DNA of 42,094 nucleotides, from IMG/VR virus record IMGVR_UViG_2648501187_000001; one strand, written 5' to 3'. The position numbers and the translations under genes are program-made. This DNA comes from an uncultured virus (IMG/VR IMGVR_UViG_2648501187_000001) (taxonomy: Duplodnaviria; Heunggongvirae; Uroviricota; Caudoviricetes). This document shows, one piece after another, positions 9,373 to 18,676 of the stretch (within the stretch, counting starts at the first letter, position 1; every line of letters starts with the position of its first letter). The notes beneath the pieces were generated by a model that searched no databases, was not told where the DNA came from, and saw only the letters and a list, made by a program, of their open reading frames with translations.

Positions 9373-9410
9373 GCAGAGACATGCACGGCCGCGGCCGGAC
9401 CGCCGGATAG
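9369..9410 (+). pseudogene. Truncated leader-family remnant (MSRDMHGRGRTAG*)
   Basis: Second repeat copy begins the leader and stops after 13 codons. Confidence 0.6.
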
Positions 9411-9478
9411 AGGACGGCCGTCCTGTCCGCGATCGCGCATGCGCCCCCGCGCGCCCGGGACGCATAGCCGGAACCATC

Positions 9479-10252
9479 ATGAACGATAAGCCTCTCTTCG
9501 AAATCCGGCAGGGCGCGACGCCCATGCTCGTCCACACGCCACACGCGGGCCGGCTCGTCCCCGACGGATTCGACCGCACCCGCCTGACGGACGCGGAAGC
9601 ATTCGACCAGACATGCGAACAGGTACGAGACCGGCATGCGGACACGCTCGGCCTCATGATCGCCGCCCGACTCCACGCAACCATCATGCTCGACCACACG
9701 ACCCGCATGTGGTGCGACCCGGAACGATACCCCGACGACCGGGAGGAGATGAACACGGCCGGCATGGGCGCCATCCCCACACGCGACATCGACGGGCATC
9801 CCCTCTACAAGCCCGGACAGGCACCCGGCATGAGGGAACGCGGACAACGGTTCCGCCTCCTGTACACGCCATGGCACCGCATGCTGCAAGCCCAATGCCG
9901 GACCATGCTCGACACGTACGGACGATGCACGATCATCGACGTCCACACCCACCCCAAAGAACCACGCCCGTTCGAACCGCACGCCGACCAGCCACGCGCC
10001 CAGACCATCATCGGCCACAACAACGACCCCGCATCCCGGGCGATCGGGGCACGCGCCGCCGCGCTCCTCATGGGCCGCGGCCTCACCGTCGGCGTCAACA
10101 CCGCACACCGGGGAGCCATCACCCCCGACGGCATACACGACATACGGCTCGCCAGCATCATGGTCGAAACCAGATGGGACACGGCCGCCGACCCCAGGGC
10201 GCGCCACGACATCGCCGACGCGATCGCACGCGCCCTGGAGGGACGCGCATGA
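9479..10252 (+). CDS. N-formylglutamate amidohydrolase family protein
   Basis: HTPHAG, RMWCDPERY, YTPWH, IIDVHT, IMVETR motifs. Confidence 0.8.
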   Translation: MNDKPLFEIRQGATPMLVHTPHAGRLVPDGFDRTRLTDAEAFDQTCEQVRDRHADTLGLMIAARLHATIMLDHTTRMWCDPERYPDDREEMNTAGMGAIPTRDIDGHPLYKPGQAPGMRERGQRFRLLYTPWHRMLQAQCRTMLDTYGRCTIIDVHTHPKEPRPFEPHADQPRAQTIIGHNNDPASRAIGARAAALLMGRGLTVGVNTAHRGAITPDGIHDIRLASIMVETRWDTAADPRARHDIADAIARALEGRA

Positions 10253-10590
10253 AACCACGCATGCAATACCGGAGCCGACGCGTCCACGGCATCCTGTTCG
10301 AACCCGACCATGCGAGCATGATCATCCGCAACAAGCCCGGCCGCCACTACCTGATCCACGGCGACGACACCCGTCTCATCACCGGGTTCGACACCCCGCT
10401 GGACGCGCCCGACACCATGGGCTACGGCATCTACCACGAAGCCGACCGGCCGAACACCATGTGGATACGCGACCGGACCGGCCTACGCCGCATCCAAGGC
10501 ACGCCCGCCACGCCGCTCGAACGCGACGCGCCCTGGAACCGCGTCGCCACCCGCATCCCCAACCATCCCATCCCCAGCCCATACGCATAG
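10249..10590 (+). CDS. Hypothetical protein (113 aa)
   Basis: GGAGGG RBS, ATGA overlap with the upstream gene; MKPRMQYRSRR... Confidence 0.65.
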   Translation: MKPRMQYRSRRVHGILFEPDHASMIIRNKPGRHYLIHGDDTRLITGFDTPLDAPDTMGYGIYHEADRPNTMWIRDRTGLRRIQGTPATPLERDAPWNRVATRIPNHPIPSPYA

Positions 10591-10599
10591 GCGCACCGC

Positions 10600-11532
10600 A
10601 TGAGCACAGACAGGAACAACCGGAGCCACAGGCCGAAAGGCCTGCCCCCACGCGTGGCCGGAACATTCGAACCGGAAGCATGCGGCGGCCACGAGACCGG
10701 CATACGACCGCCCGAACCACCCGACCGCATCGAACTCATGGAACTCGAACGCCTCGCCCGCACCATGCCCGCACCACGGCCCGGCGACATCGCATGGCGT
10801 TTCGGCACGCACACCATCCCCCAGCAGGCCATCGACATGCGCTACGGGCGCGACGACATACGCCTCCAACGGCTCGTCATCCTCACCCACGCGGACGAGG
10901 ACACGCGCCGCATGCTCGCCGCACGCATGCACGACCACGATTGGATTCGCAGCCACGCCACACCCCTGTTCAAAGACCGCGCATGCATCATCATCCCCGA
11001 ACCGGACCCCTGGGACGAACCCGGCCGGCCGGACACACGCCCCGTCTGGCCGCACCCCATCGACACGCGCATGATCGCCGAAGACTGCGCCGCCCACCTC
11101 GACATCCGACGCTCATACACGCCCACGCGCGTCAGCCGCACGGGGAACGAAACCCACGTCGAATGCGTGGACGACACGACCCACACGTCCCGCTCCTACC
11201 GGACCGGGACGAACATCGCGCATCTCCCCGACGGAGCCTGCATCGAACATGCGGCCGACGGACGATGGCATGTCGTCCACGACGATCCGCCGCTCCCCCC
11301 GCGCCCCGCCGACAGGCCGCACGCACGCGAAGACACGCGCCCGCACGACCCCCGACCCGACACGGAACCGGAACCGGAACCAAACCCGGATCCGCCCGGG
11401 CGATCCGACGAAGCGGACAGGCCGCGACGCCCGGCCTCCGACCCGCGCATGCGCCGCGCCTGGATCCGGTTCCTCACCGGACTGTTCCAGGGCGTGTCCA
11501 GCATCATCCGCGAATCCAGGCGCGCCCGCTGA
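10600..11532 (+). CDS. Leader-family protein 4
   Basis: MSTDRNNRSHRPKGLPPRVAGTFE...GIRPP; GCATA box 10 nt upstream; Pro-rich linker and amphipathic C-terminal helix. Confidence 0.75.
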   Translation: MSTDRNNRSHRPKGLPPRVAGTFEPEACGGHETGIRPPEPPDRIELMELERLARTMPAPRPGDIAWRFGTHTIPQQAIDMRYGRDDIRLQRLVILTHADEDTRRMLAARMHDHDWIRSHATPLFKDRACIIIPEPDPWDEPGRPDTRPVWPHPIDTRMIAEDCAAHLDIRRSYTPTRVSRTGNETHVECVDDTTHTSRSYRTGTNIAHLPDGACIEHAADGRWHVVHDDPPLPPRPADRPHAREDTRPHDPRPDTEPEPEPNPDPPGRSDEADRPRRPASDPRMRRAWIRFLTGLFQGVSSIIRESRRAR

Positions 11533-11569
11533 CAGGGGGCGCCATGCGCGCCGTCCGGCGCACGCCGCG

Positions 11570-11830
11570 GACGAAAACGAAAAAAAGGAGACAAAGAAAA
11601 GGAAAAAGAGAAAAAGAGCAAAAGAGGAAAACACGATACGACACCATCCCATCAGCCATCAGAAAAGAAAAAAGACAGGACACCGACACCCAGGAACACA
11701 CGCGACGGACACCACACCATAACGGAAACCACACCACAAAACAGCATCACATCAAGGGGAGGGATCGTTTTTCCTTGCAAAAAACCGGGTTTCGGCATGG
11801 TTTCCGTGCCCGGACGCCGGGATTTCCCCT
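11570..11830. other. A-rich intergenic tract at a strand-skew switch; candidate oriT or origin
   Basis: Purine/A-rich run 11573-11675; C/A-rich top strand to the left, G/T-rich to the right. Confidence 0.3.
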
Positions 11831-11881
11831 TCATGCGGGACGCATACCCGATCCGCAAGGGACGATGGAAGGGGAAGGCGT

Positions 11882-12547
11882 ATGATCACCGTCAGTTTCG
11901 ACGACACGACGGCCGGGCCGGACGACCTGCCGTTGCTTCGGATCGCGGACGCGGCGAACCGGATCCATGGCATGGACGCGCGGCGGCTGCCCGGCCTGCT
12001 GGAATCATCCTGGCTGGACTGGGCGCCGCCGTCCTCGCGTCTGCCCGACGTGGGCATGCCGTCGCCGCCCGGCCGGGACGATTGGCTGTGGGCGCGCGGG
12101 CATGCGGGGCTGCTGGGGTTCGACGTGTCCGCCTACGGGTCGGGCATGATGTTCGCGTCCATGCTGGCGAAGCGCGTGGGCGTGCGCCGGGCGGGCTGGT
12201 CCGCGCTGGCGTTGGCCTGGTGCGCGCGCATGGCCCGGTTGGATGCGCGCGCCTGGACGCTGGCCCTGCTGGAGCATGATCCGGCGCGCGTGCAGGCCGA
12301 TTCGCTTCGGCTTGTGCCGGTGGGCCCGTTGTCGGGGTTGTGGAGCGTGTGGGCATCGCCCGCGTTCATGCCGGGCGTGACGGGGCCGGATGTGGCGTGC
12401 GCGTTGATGGATTGCGCGCGTGCGGGACGCTACCGGTCGGATCATGTGGTCGCGCCGGACGGCCGGACGGTCCGAATCCCGGATATGGTGTGGGATCGCG
12501 TGGATTCGATGGGATTGGCTTCCGTGTTCGCCGACACGGGGTTCTAG
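11882..12547 (+). CDS. Hypothetical protein
   Basis: GGAAGG RBS, 221 aa; GCATA box upstream. Confidence 0.65.
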   Translation: MITVSFDDTTAGPDDLPLLRIADAANRIHGMDARRLPGLLESSWLDWAPPSSRLPDVGMPSPPGRDDWLWARGHAGLLGFDVSAYGSGMMFASMLAKRVGVRRAGWSALALAWCARMARLDARAWTLALLEHDPARVQADSLRLVPVGPLSGLWSVWASPAFMPGVTGPDVACALMDCARAGRYRSDHVVAPDGRTVRIPDMVWDRVDSMGLASVFADTGF

Positions 12548-12614
12548 AACAGGGGCGTCATCGTCCCCTCGTCCGGCGTGCTGTTTTTCCGTCTGCATGC
12601 GCGGGCGGCGTGGA

Positions 12615-13577
12615 TCATGCGTCCCGCGTCCGTCTGACGAGCAGCCGCTTGTACAGTCGGCGTCCGTTGACCGTCGGATCGTCGAGCTTGCCGAGCAGCA
12701 TGAACCCGTTGCCGGGCGCCCAGCGTTCGAGGAAGTTCAACGGGACGCCCATCGGCCCGTCGTGATCGTCGGGCATCATGCGCATGGAGTCCACGTTGAT
12801 CGCGTCGTAGGCATCATATTCCGGATACTCGTCCTCATGTCCCCGGTACGTGTGTCCCGTGGGAGGCTGGGTCTTGTCGGCGCGCGCGGCGGCCAGGCTG
12901 GTGAGCCATCGGACGCTGTTGACGCCGACCGTGCCGTCGGGCCGGATCATGCTTCCCGTCTTCGGCCGGTCGTCGGGCAGTCGGAAGAACATGCTGCCCG
13001 AGTGGATGCTCAGGCCGACGAGGCAGCGTCCCCCCTTGACCATGGGGAATACGTCGTTGGCGGTGGCGAGGTTCAGGTTGGCGACGATCAGGAAATCGGT
13101 GTCCGGATGCCGGCGGAGCATGCGCATGAACCGGATGGCCTTGCTGAACGGCGGGTTGGTGACGACAATCGCGCCGGGCCGGTCGAGCAGGCGTTCGCAT
13201 TCGGACGAGTCGAAGGAGCCGTCGCCGTCCAATGGGCGGGCGGCCAGGTCCGCGATCGAATATCTTCCCTCGCGGCCGTCGTTGTCCACATGCCATTGCA
13301 TGGCGGGCGTCCCGTCGTCGAACAGGGTGCCATGGTCGGCTTCGAAGCTCGTGCAGGTGAGGGACGCGATCCCGTATTCGCTCATGTGGTCGAGCGTCCA
13401 TCGGACGAACATGCTCATGCCGGGCCGGTCATTGCAGTCGCAGATCACATGCCGGCCGGCCAGGTCATGGCGGTAATGGGACAGTTCCCTGTCGATCGCG
13501 TCGTACGTGGTGTAGAATTCGTCGGCCTTCGCCATGCGCGCGCCGGTCAGGTACCGGTGATGCTTGTGTGTTCCCAT
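12615..13577 (-). CDS. Adenine-specific DNA methyltransferase, EcoRI family (orphan)
   Basis: DEFYT, ICDCND, GDGSFDS, VVTNPPFS, YDAYDAINV, MGVP motifs. Confidence 0.9.
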   Translation of the reverse strand: MGTHKHHRYLTGARMAKADEFYTTYDAIDRELSHYRHDLAGRHVICDCNDRPGMSMFVRWTLDHMSEYGIASLTCTSFEADHGTLFDDGTPAMQWHVDNDGREGRYSIADLAARPLDGDGSFDSSECERLLDRPGAIVVTNPPFSKAIRFMRMLRRHPDTDFLIVANLNLATANDVFPMVKGGRCLVGLSIHSGSMFFRLPDDRPKTGSMIRPDGTVGVNSVRWLTSLAAARADKTQPPTGHTYRGHEDEYPEYDAYDAINVDSMRMMPDDHDGPMGVPLNFLERWAPGNGFMLLGKLDDPTVNGRRLYKRLLVRRTRDA

Positions 13578-13833
13578 GCCTCGTCGTATGCGTCAGGGGC
13601 ATGGTTCCCCGTCGTCTTGCCAGCGCCTCGTCTGCGCGCGCGGTGGGCAGCCACATGTTTTCGCCACGTTCGACGAGCTCATGCCGTTCGAGGGCTTTGA
13701 GGCTGCGCGCCTCGCGCATCACGGTCTGGTCGAACGGGATGAGCGAGGCGGCGAGCGGATGACGTTGGATGTCGCTGATAGGGGGACGCATGCCCGACGG
13801 CGAGACGTACAGGCACGCGACGGGAGGCATGAT

Positions 13834-14706
13834 ATGACCGGCAGGACGCTCGACGACATGATTCGCGAATACCGGATAGAACTGTACAAGGCTGCGGACG
13901 GGAGCATCGGATTGCAGGCGTGGGACTGGAGGGGCAAGCCGGGCTCCGAGGAGGAGATCCGCGCCAACAAGGACGCCTTGGTAGCCGAACTCGTACGTCG
14001 AGAACGGGAGCGGAAAACAAACGAGGAACGCAAACACCGCGAACGTATCCTCAATCTGCAGAAGGAACACCCGGCCAACCTGCCCGACCTCAACGTGGGT
14101 GACCTGGTCGCGTGGTATGACCAGCGGATGCCGTTCAGCTATGGGATCAGGCGCGCCGACGCGATCTTCTCGGGAGAGGCGTTCCATTGGGTTCCGGGAT
14201 TCACGATCATCGCGAGCCTGGACGACGGGGAGGCGTTGGCCGGGGAGCTGGGCGTGGAACGCTGGCAGCTTGACGCATTCCAGGCTGGCGAACCGCTGGG
14301 ATTGGGGCATGATGACTACGAGCTGCAGATGCACAAGGTCATCCGCGACTGGATCGAAGCGCACAAGGAATGCCGCGTGTCGGCGAACCACCCGACCACC
14401 ACCTGCTACCGCATCGGACGCGGCGAGGCGATCGCTCTGGCGAACAAGGTACGCGAAGCCGTCGCGGCAAGAGTTCAAAGCATTCTCGACGGCAACATCA
14501 GCCACCACATCGACATCATCAGCCGATACAACCATCAAGTCGAAAAGCCTTTGACTGAAGCCGAGGCCCGTAAGCTCTGGAAACGTGACAACGATCTGTA
14601 CAACGAAGGCGGCAGCGGATACGTGTGCGACTATGTGAGCCGTGAACGCGCGCGGCGCGCCGCCGCCTGGCTGCGCGACCACGGCGTGGACATGCGCGTC
14701 GTCTGA
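13834..14706 (+). CDS. Hypothetical protein with a C-terminal NEGGxGY motif
   Basis: GGGAGG RBS before ATG 13834; DNDLYNEGGSGYV near the C-terminus. Confidence 0.7.
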   Translation: MTGRTLDDMIREYRIELYKAADGSIGLQAWDWRGKPGSEEEIRANKDALVAELVRRERERKTNEERKHRERILNLQKEHPANLPDLNVGDLVAWYDQRMPFSYGIRRADAIFSGEAFHWVPGFTIIASLDDGEALAGELGVERWQLDAFQAGEPLGLGHDDYELQMHKVIRDWIEAHKECRVSANHPTTTCYRIGRGEAIALANKVREAVAARVQSILDGNISHHIDIISRYNHQVEKPLTEAEARKLWKRDNDLYNEGGSGYVCDYVSRERARRAAAWLRDHGVDMRVV

Positions 14707-14773
14707 GCCATCCCCCGGGGGGGGGATTCGGACGCGGCCTTGGGCCTCCGGTGCGGGACGCATACGGGCGGGC

Positions 14774-15244
14774 GTGACCGTGACCGAATCGTTGTATGAG
14801 GCGTTGAAGACCATGGGCGAGCATGATCCGCATAATCTGGCCTGCGTGCTCGTCGCGGACGCGTACTGGAATCTGGTGGGGCCGACGGCCGCGTTCGGCC
14901 GGCGCGACCGGCTGGACGCGGACCGCGTCCTCTCCTGGTATCGCGCGCACGCCGGCGAATTGAGACAGGCGACGAGGGACGGCCGTTACGTGGCCCTGCT
15001 CTCCGACGGGCGTCTTCCCGCGTCGGCGGCCGGCCCCGTGCTGGCGAACATCCGACGCGTCGCCCCGGACGCATGCGACCGGTTCCTGGGCCTGCTCGCC
15101 GACCCGGCGACCCCGGTGCGCCGCCGGTTGGACGAGGGTTTGGACCGGTCGGACGGGCGCGGCTCCATCCGTTTCAACGCGGGCCTGCTCGTCAAATGCT
15201 GGAACTTGACCGGACTCGGCGCATCGCTGCCGCTCCCCTTCTAG
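14774..15244 (+). CDS. Hypothetical protein
   Basis: GTG 9 nt after GGACGCATA; MTVTESLYEALK... Confidence 0.6.
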   Translation: MTVTESLYEALKTMGEHDPHNLACVLVADAYWNLVGPTAAFGRRDRLDADRVLSWYRAHAGELRQATRDGRYVALLSDGRLPASAAGPVLANIRRVAPDACDRFLGLLADPATPVRRRLDEGLDRSDGRGSIRFNAGLLVKCWNLTGLGASLPLPF

Positions 15245-15306
15245 GATTCCGCCCGGCCGACCGGCGCATACATACCCGTGAAGGCATGTAATCGGAAAGG
15301 AGCATC

Positions 15307-16629
15307 TTGACGGTCGACAGGAACAACAGGAGCCACAGGCCGAAGGGCCTGCCCCAAGGGTATGCGGGCACGTTCGACGCGGCCGGCCCGCAGACGGCCG
15401 GCGACGACGTCGCCCCGCCGTCGGCCGGCGGACATCGGCTGGACGATGCGATGCTCACAGCCGAAACATACATCGCTATGGATCCGGATGTAGCCGACTG
15501 CGCGGGATACGCCGCCAGACGATTGGATGAGCTCATCGCCCGTCCGGCGAAGCCGGGCGAAACCGATGACATGCCGTTGATCATTGAAAACCTGCGATAC
15601 GATCCGCAGGCCCCGGGCGGCTCCCATGCCGACTATGTCGCCGATCACATACAGAACGCTTATGACGGTATCCCAGTGAAAGCCTATGATTGCGCGCGAT
15701 TGGAACAGGAAACCCGACAGCATATCCTCGAGACCGCGTTGGATCCGAACCGGGAGCTCCGCAATCTCGGATTGGAGCCCGTACGGCCAGACGAACACAC
15801 GAACGCATACGCGGGACCGCAGCCGGAGGATTGGGGCGGGGATTACGACGAGGAGACCGCCGAACGCCGCCACGAAGCCGCATGGAAAGGCGCCCAGACC
15901 AAACAGGCCCGATATGCTGCGGCAACGGAGGAACATCTGAATCCGTTGGACGATGAGATGCGCGACCTGTACAGGAAGAACGTCGACCGTGGACTGATCA
16001 ACGGCAGCGCGTTCGATGACAGGATGGCGTTCGCCGACACGCTGCGCGAACTCCAGGAGGATGGCTGGAACCCGCAGGCGGGGCGCGAATACCGGAAATC
16101 CAAGGAGTTCAGGAAACTGGAGAAACAACTGCTGGACGGGAGGAAACCGACCCGACGCTACCGGCAGCTGCGCGACGCGTTGTGCGACGACGAACACGAG
16201 TACCGGGCGTTCATGGCCGCGGATCCGGACGTGTTCGACCCGGACGAGAGAATCGTGAAGCCGTTCGCCGGGCTCGGTCCGGACGTGGGGCAGGCGGCCA
16301 TGCTGCGCCTGGCCGCCAAACACCGGGGCGTCACCGGGGCGCTCGCCCTGGCACGCTGGGATCCGGGCATCGAATACGTGACGGCGGACGCGAAGACCCA
16401 CACGTTCCGCATGGAGCATGACCGGCCGGGAATCGGGTATTACAGCGACGGCTCCACCTATCCGATCGGGCACACGGTCATCACGGCGAACGGGATCAAA
16501 CCCGCGAGCGTGATGAGCTGGATACACAACGAGAAGCCGGGCACGCCGGAATGGGAGGCGCGGACCCGCACCCGGTTCGAGGAGTCGAACGGCGGCGAAT
16601 GGAAGCCCGCCGAAACCGACGTAATCTAA
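15307..16629 (+). CDS. Leader-family protein 5 (440 aa, acidic cargo of unknown function)
   Basis: GAAAGGAG RBS, TTG start, TVDRNNRSHRPKGLPQGYAGTFD...DDVAPP. Confidence 0.8.
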   Translation: MTVDRNNRSHRPKGLPQGYAGTFDAAGPQTAGDDVAPPSAGGHRLDDAMLTAETYIAMDPDVADCAGYAARRLDELIARPAKPGETDDMPLIIENLRYDPQAPGGSHADYVADHIQNAYDGIPVKAYDCARLEQETRQHILETALDPNRELRNLGLEPVRPDEHTNAYAGPQPEDWGGDYDEETAERRHEAAWKGAQTKQARYAAATEEHLNPLDDEMRDLYRKNVDRGLINGSAFDDRMAFADTLRELQEDGWNPQAGREYRKSKEFRKLEKQLLDGRKPTRRYRQLRDALCDDEHEYRAFMAADPDVFDPDERIVKPFAGLGPDVGQAAMLRLAAKHRGVTGALALARWDPGIEYVTADAKTHTFRMEHDRPGIGYYSDGSTYPIGHTVITANGIKPASVMSWIHNEKPGTPEWEARTRTRFEESNGGEWKPAETDVI

Positions 16630-16677
16630 TGGGGACGCATGCGGAATGCCGTAGGATTGGAATCGAAGGAGGACGTG

Positions 16678-17214
16678 ATGGAAGAAGAATCCGTTCGGCT
16701 CGCTATCCGGCTCAAAGATGATTCGGTGTGGAAGATTTCCAATCTTTCCGGCACCGTCATACCCTACAAGGCAGCCGCCGGCATCGTCCACCACGGAAAG
16801 GGTCTTGCAGGCCGTCCCGTCGAGGAGACGGTGTTGTTGTACCGTCTGTCGAACGCATTGGAGACGACCATCGCCAATGCAGATCATCCACTTGATGAAG
16901 ACCTGTTCGATTGCTTCAAGGAGCAGTTGGGGGCTTCGAAGGACATTCCCCTGCCGGATCACACCAATCCGACGGAGGAAAACGCCACGGACATGTTTAT
17001 GGAGCTTTGGAATCAGGATAGGATCCTCGCCGCCGTGTGCGCGAACCATCTTCTCGTCGAAAGCGGCATCGGCCTGTTCGGAACCTACCCCGACCAGCTT
17101 CCGGCATTGGAATCCGCCATAGGGGATTCCAAGGAAGCCGCCATCTCCTATATTCACGACAATGCGGTAGAGCTTCTTCCCGGAGGCCTCACCCGGAACA
17201 GGATGCCACAATGA
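16678..17214 (+). CDS. Degenerate Fic-fold paralog lacking the catalytic loop
   Basis: AAGGAGG RBS; aligns by eye with the downstream Fic protein (LAIRLKDDSVWK / LAKRRTIDLLWK; ANHLLVESGIGLF / ANHCLIHDGVGIF). Confidence 0.6.
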   Translation: MEEESVRLAIRLKDDSVWKISNLSGTVIPYKAAAGIVHHGKGLAGRPVEETVLLYRLSNALETTIANADHPLDEDLFDCFKEQLGASKDIPLPDHTNPTEENATDMFMELWNQDRILAAVCANHLLVESGIGLFGTYPDQLPALESAIGDSKEAAISYIHDNAVELLPGGLTRNRMPQ

Positions 17215-18035
17215 CCATGGATGCGAACAACCGGAGTCATCGTCCCGCCGGACTGCCACAAGGCGTGGCCGGCACGTTCGATACGACCGTATCCGGAGTG
17301 GATGATGCCGATGTCGCCCCTCCCATGGGGGCGGGAACCGTTTCCAATGCGGAGGCATGCGTCAATCTGGCGAAACGCCGCACCATCGACCTGCTGTGGA
17401 AGACCGCGAGCATCGAGGTCAGGGGTCTCACGTTCCCCGATACGCGCGACGTGTTCAAGGGCATCACGCCCGGGGATGCGAGGGCCAGGGATGTGATGGT
17501 GCTGAACAATCTGAAGCACGCCTGGCAGTTCCTTTTCGACAACACGGATTGGCCGGTCGACTGGCAGTATCTTTCCGAATACAACCGGCTTGTAGGTGAC
17601 GGGCTGGAGCCCTCCCCCGGCAGGCTGAGGAACGACATGGTCACCATCGGAGGCACCAGATATGTTCCCCCTGTTCCCTCGTATGATGGGGTCAGGGATC
17701 AAATCGGAAAGGATCTCGGGCTTGACGATCCGGAGGATAGGGCGTTGAACCTGTTCGCATCCATCAGCCGGGGCCAATGGTTCAGCAACGGCAACAAGCG
17801 GACTTCGGCGATGGCCGCCAACCATTGCCTCATCCATGACGGGGTCGGCATATTCGCATTGCCTCCGGAACGGATGGATGACGAGTTCAGGGACAGGCTC
17901 ATCGGCTTTTACGAAAGCGATGATCGCGGACCGTTCATCGACTGGCTGAAATACCATGCGGTCGGACGTCTGGTGGACAATGGGCTGACTTCGGCGCAGA
18001 AAAACGGGGATGATCCGATCCACGACGATATGTGA
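17211..18035 (+). CDS. Leader-family protein 6: Fic/Doc domain
   Basis: MTMDANNRSHRPAGLPQGVAGTFD...DVAPP; Fic-like motif QWFSNGNKRTS; flap PGRLRNDMVTIGGT. Confidence 0.85.
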   Translation: MTMDANNRSHRPAGLPQGVAGTFDTTVSGVDDADVAPPMGAGTVSNAEACVNLAKRRTIDLLWKTASIEVRGLTFPDTRDVFKGITPGDARARDVMVLNNLKHAWQFLFDNTDWPVDWQYLSEYNRLVGDGLEPSPGRLRNDMVTIGGTRYVPPVPSYDGVRDQIGKDLGLDDPEDRALNLFASISRGQWFSNGNKRTSAMAANHCLIHDGVGIFALPPERMDDEFRDRLIGFYESDDRGPFIDWLKYHAVGRLVDNGLTSAQKNGDDPIHDDM

Positions 18036-18185
18036 TATTCGACAATGACGGGGACGCATGCCGTGCGTCCGACGCCGTGCAGGCGCAGGAACTTTGTTTC
18101 GTGCGAAAGATTCGGTCTGGTATGTGATCGTTGTGGTATCGCGTTTTGCGGTATGCTTCTCGTAAGTTCGATGAGAGAAAGGGCG

Positions 18186-18659
18186 ATGATGCGCGGCTGG
18201 GCAGGTTTGGGGAAAACGGGGCGGATGACGAGCGGGATCATGCCCATATGCTCGGCTGTATTGGCTACTGCCATGGCCTTGGTGTTGTCGCCGTCCGCGT
18301 ATGCGGATGATATGGGTGGCTTGTGGCCGGTGAAGGACAGTGCGGTCGTCTCGGCGCATGAGGCTGGTCTGGATGGTTCGGGTGTGAAGGTCGGCATGTA
18401 TGATATGCAGGTTGTTTCGGATTATCCGGGGTTGTCGGATGCGGACGCGAATGTCGAATACCGGTTGGGGTCGTTCGTCAATGCGACTACGGATGGTGGT
18501 CTGCAGTGGAAGCATTCGCCACAGGATTATTTCAAGACGTTCGTTCCGGATCCAGATCATTTGTGGAATTTCAAGACCATATATCAGGCACCGGGCAAGT
18601 TGTCCGATGGGGTGGCTGAGGCATCTAATGCCATTCGAGTTGGTATCAGTGATCTATAA
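18186..18659 (+). pseudogene. Truncated/chimeric secreted S8 subtilase N-terminus
   Basis: Signal peptide plus AHEAGLDGSGVKVGMYD (Asp region); no His or Ser catalytic motifs. Confidence 0.5.
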
Positions 18660-18676
18660 AGGATGGATGATTGACG

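Larger units (their letters stand above)
8435..9391 (+). repeat. 43-bp direct repeat (8435-8477 and 9349-9391) covering a GCATA box and the leader start
   Basis: ggcacgcatagccgtcccgcatgagca(a/g)agacatgcacggccg, one mismatch. Confidence 0.9.
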
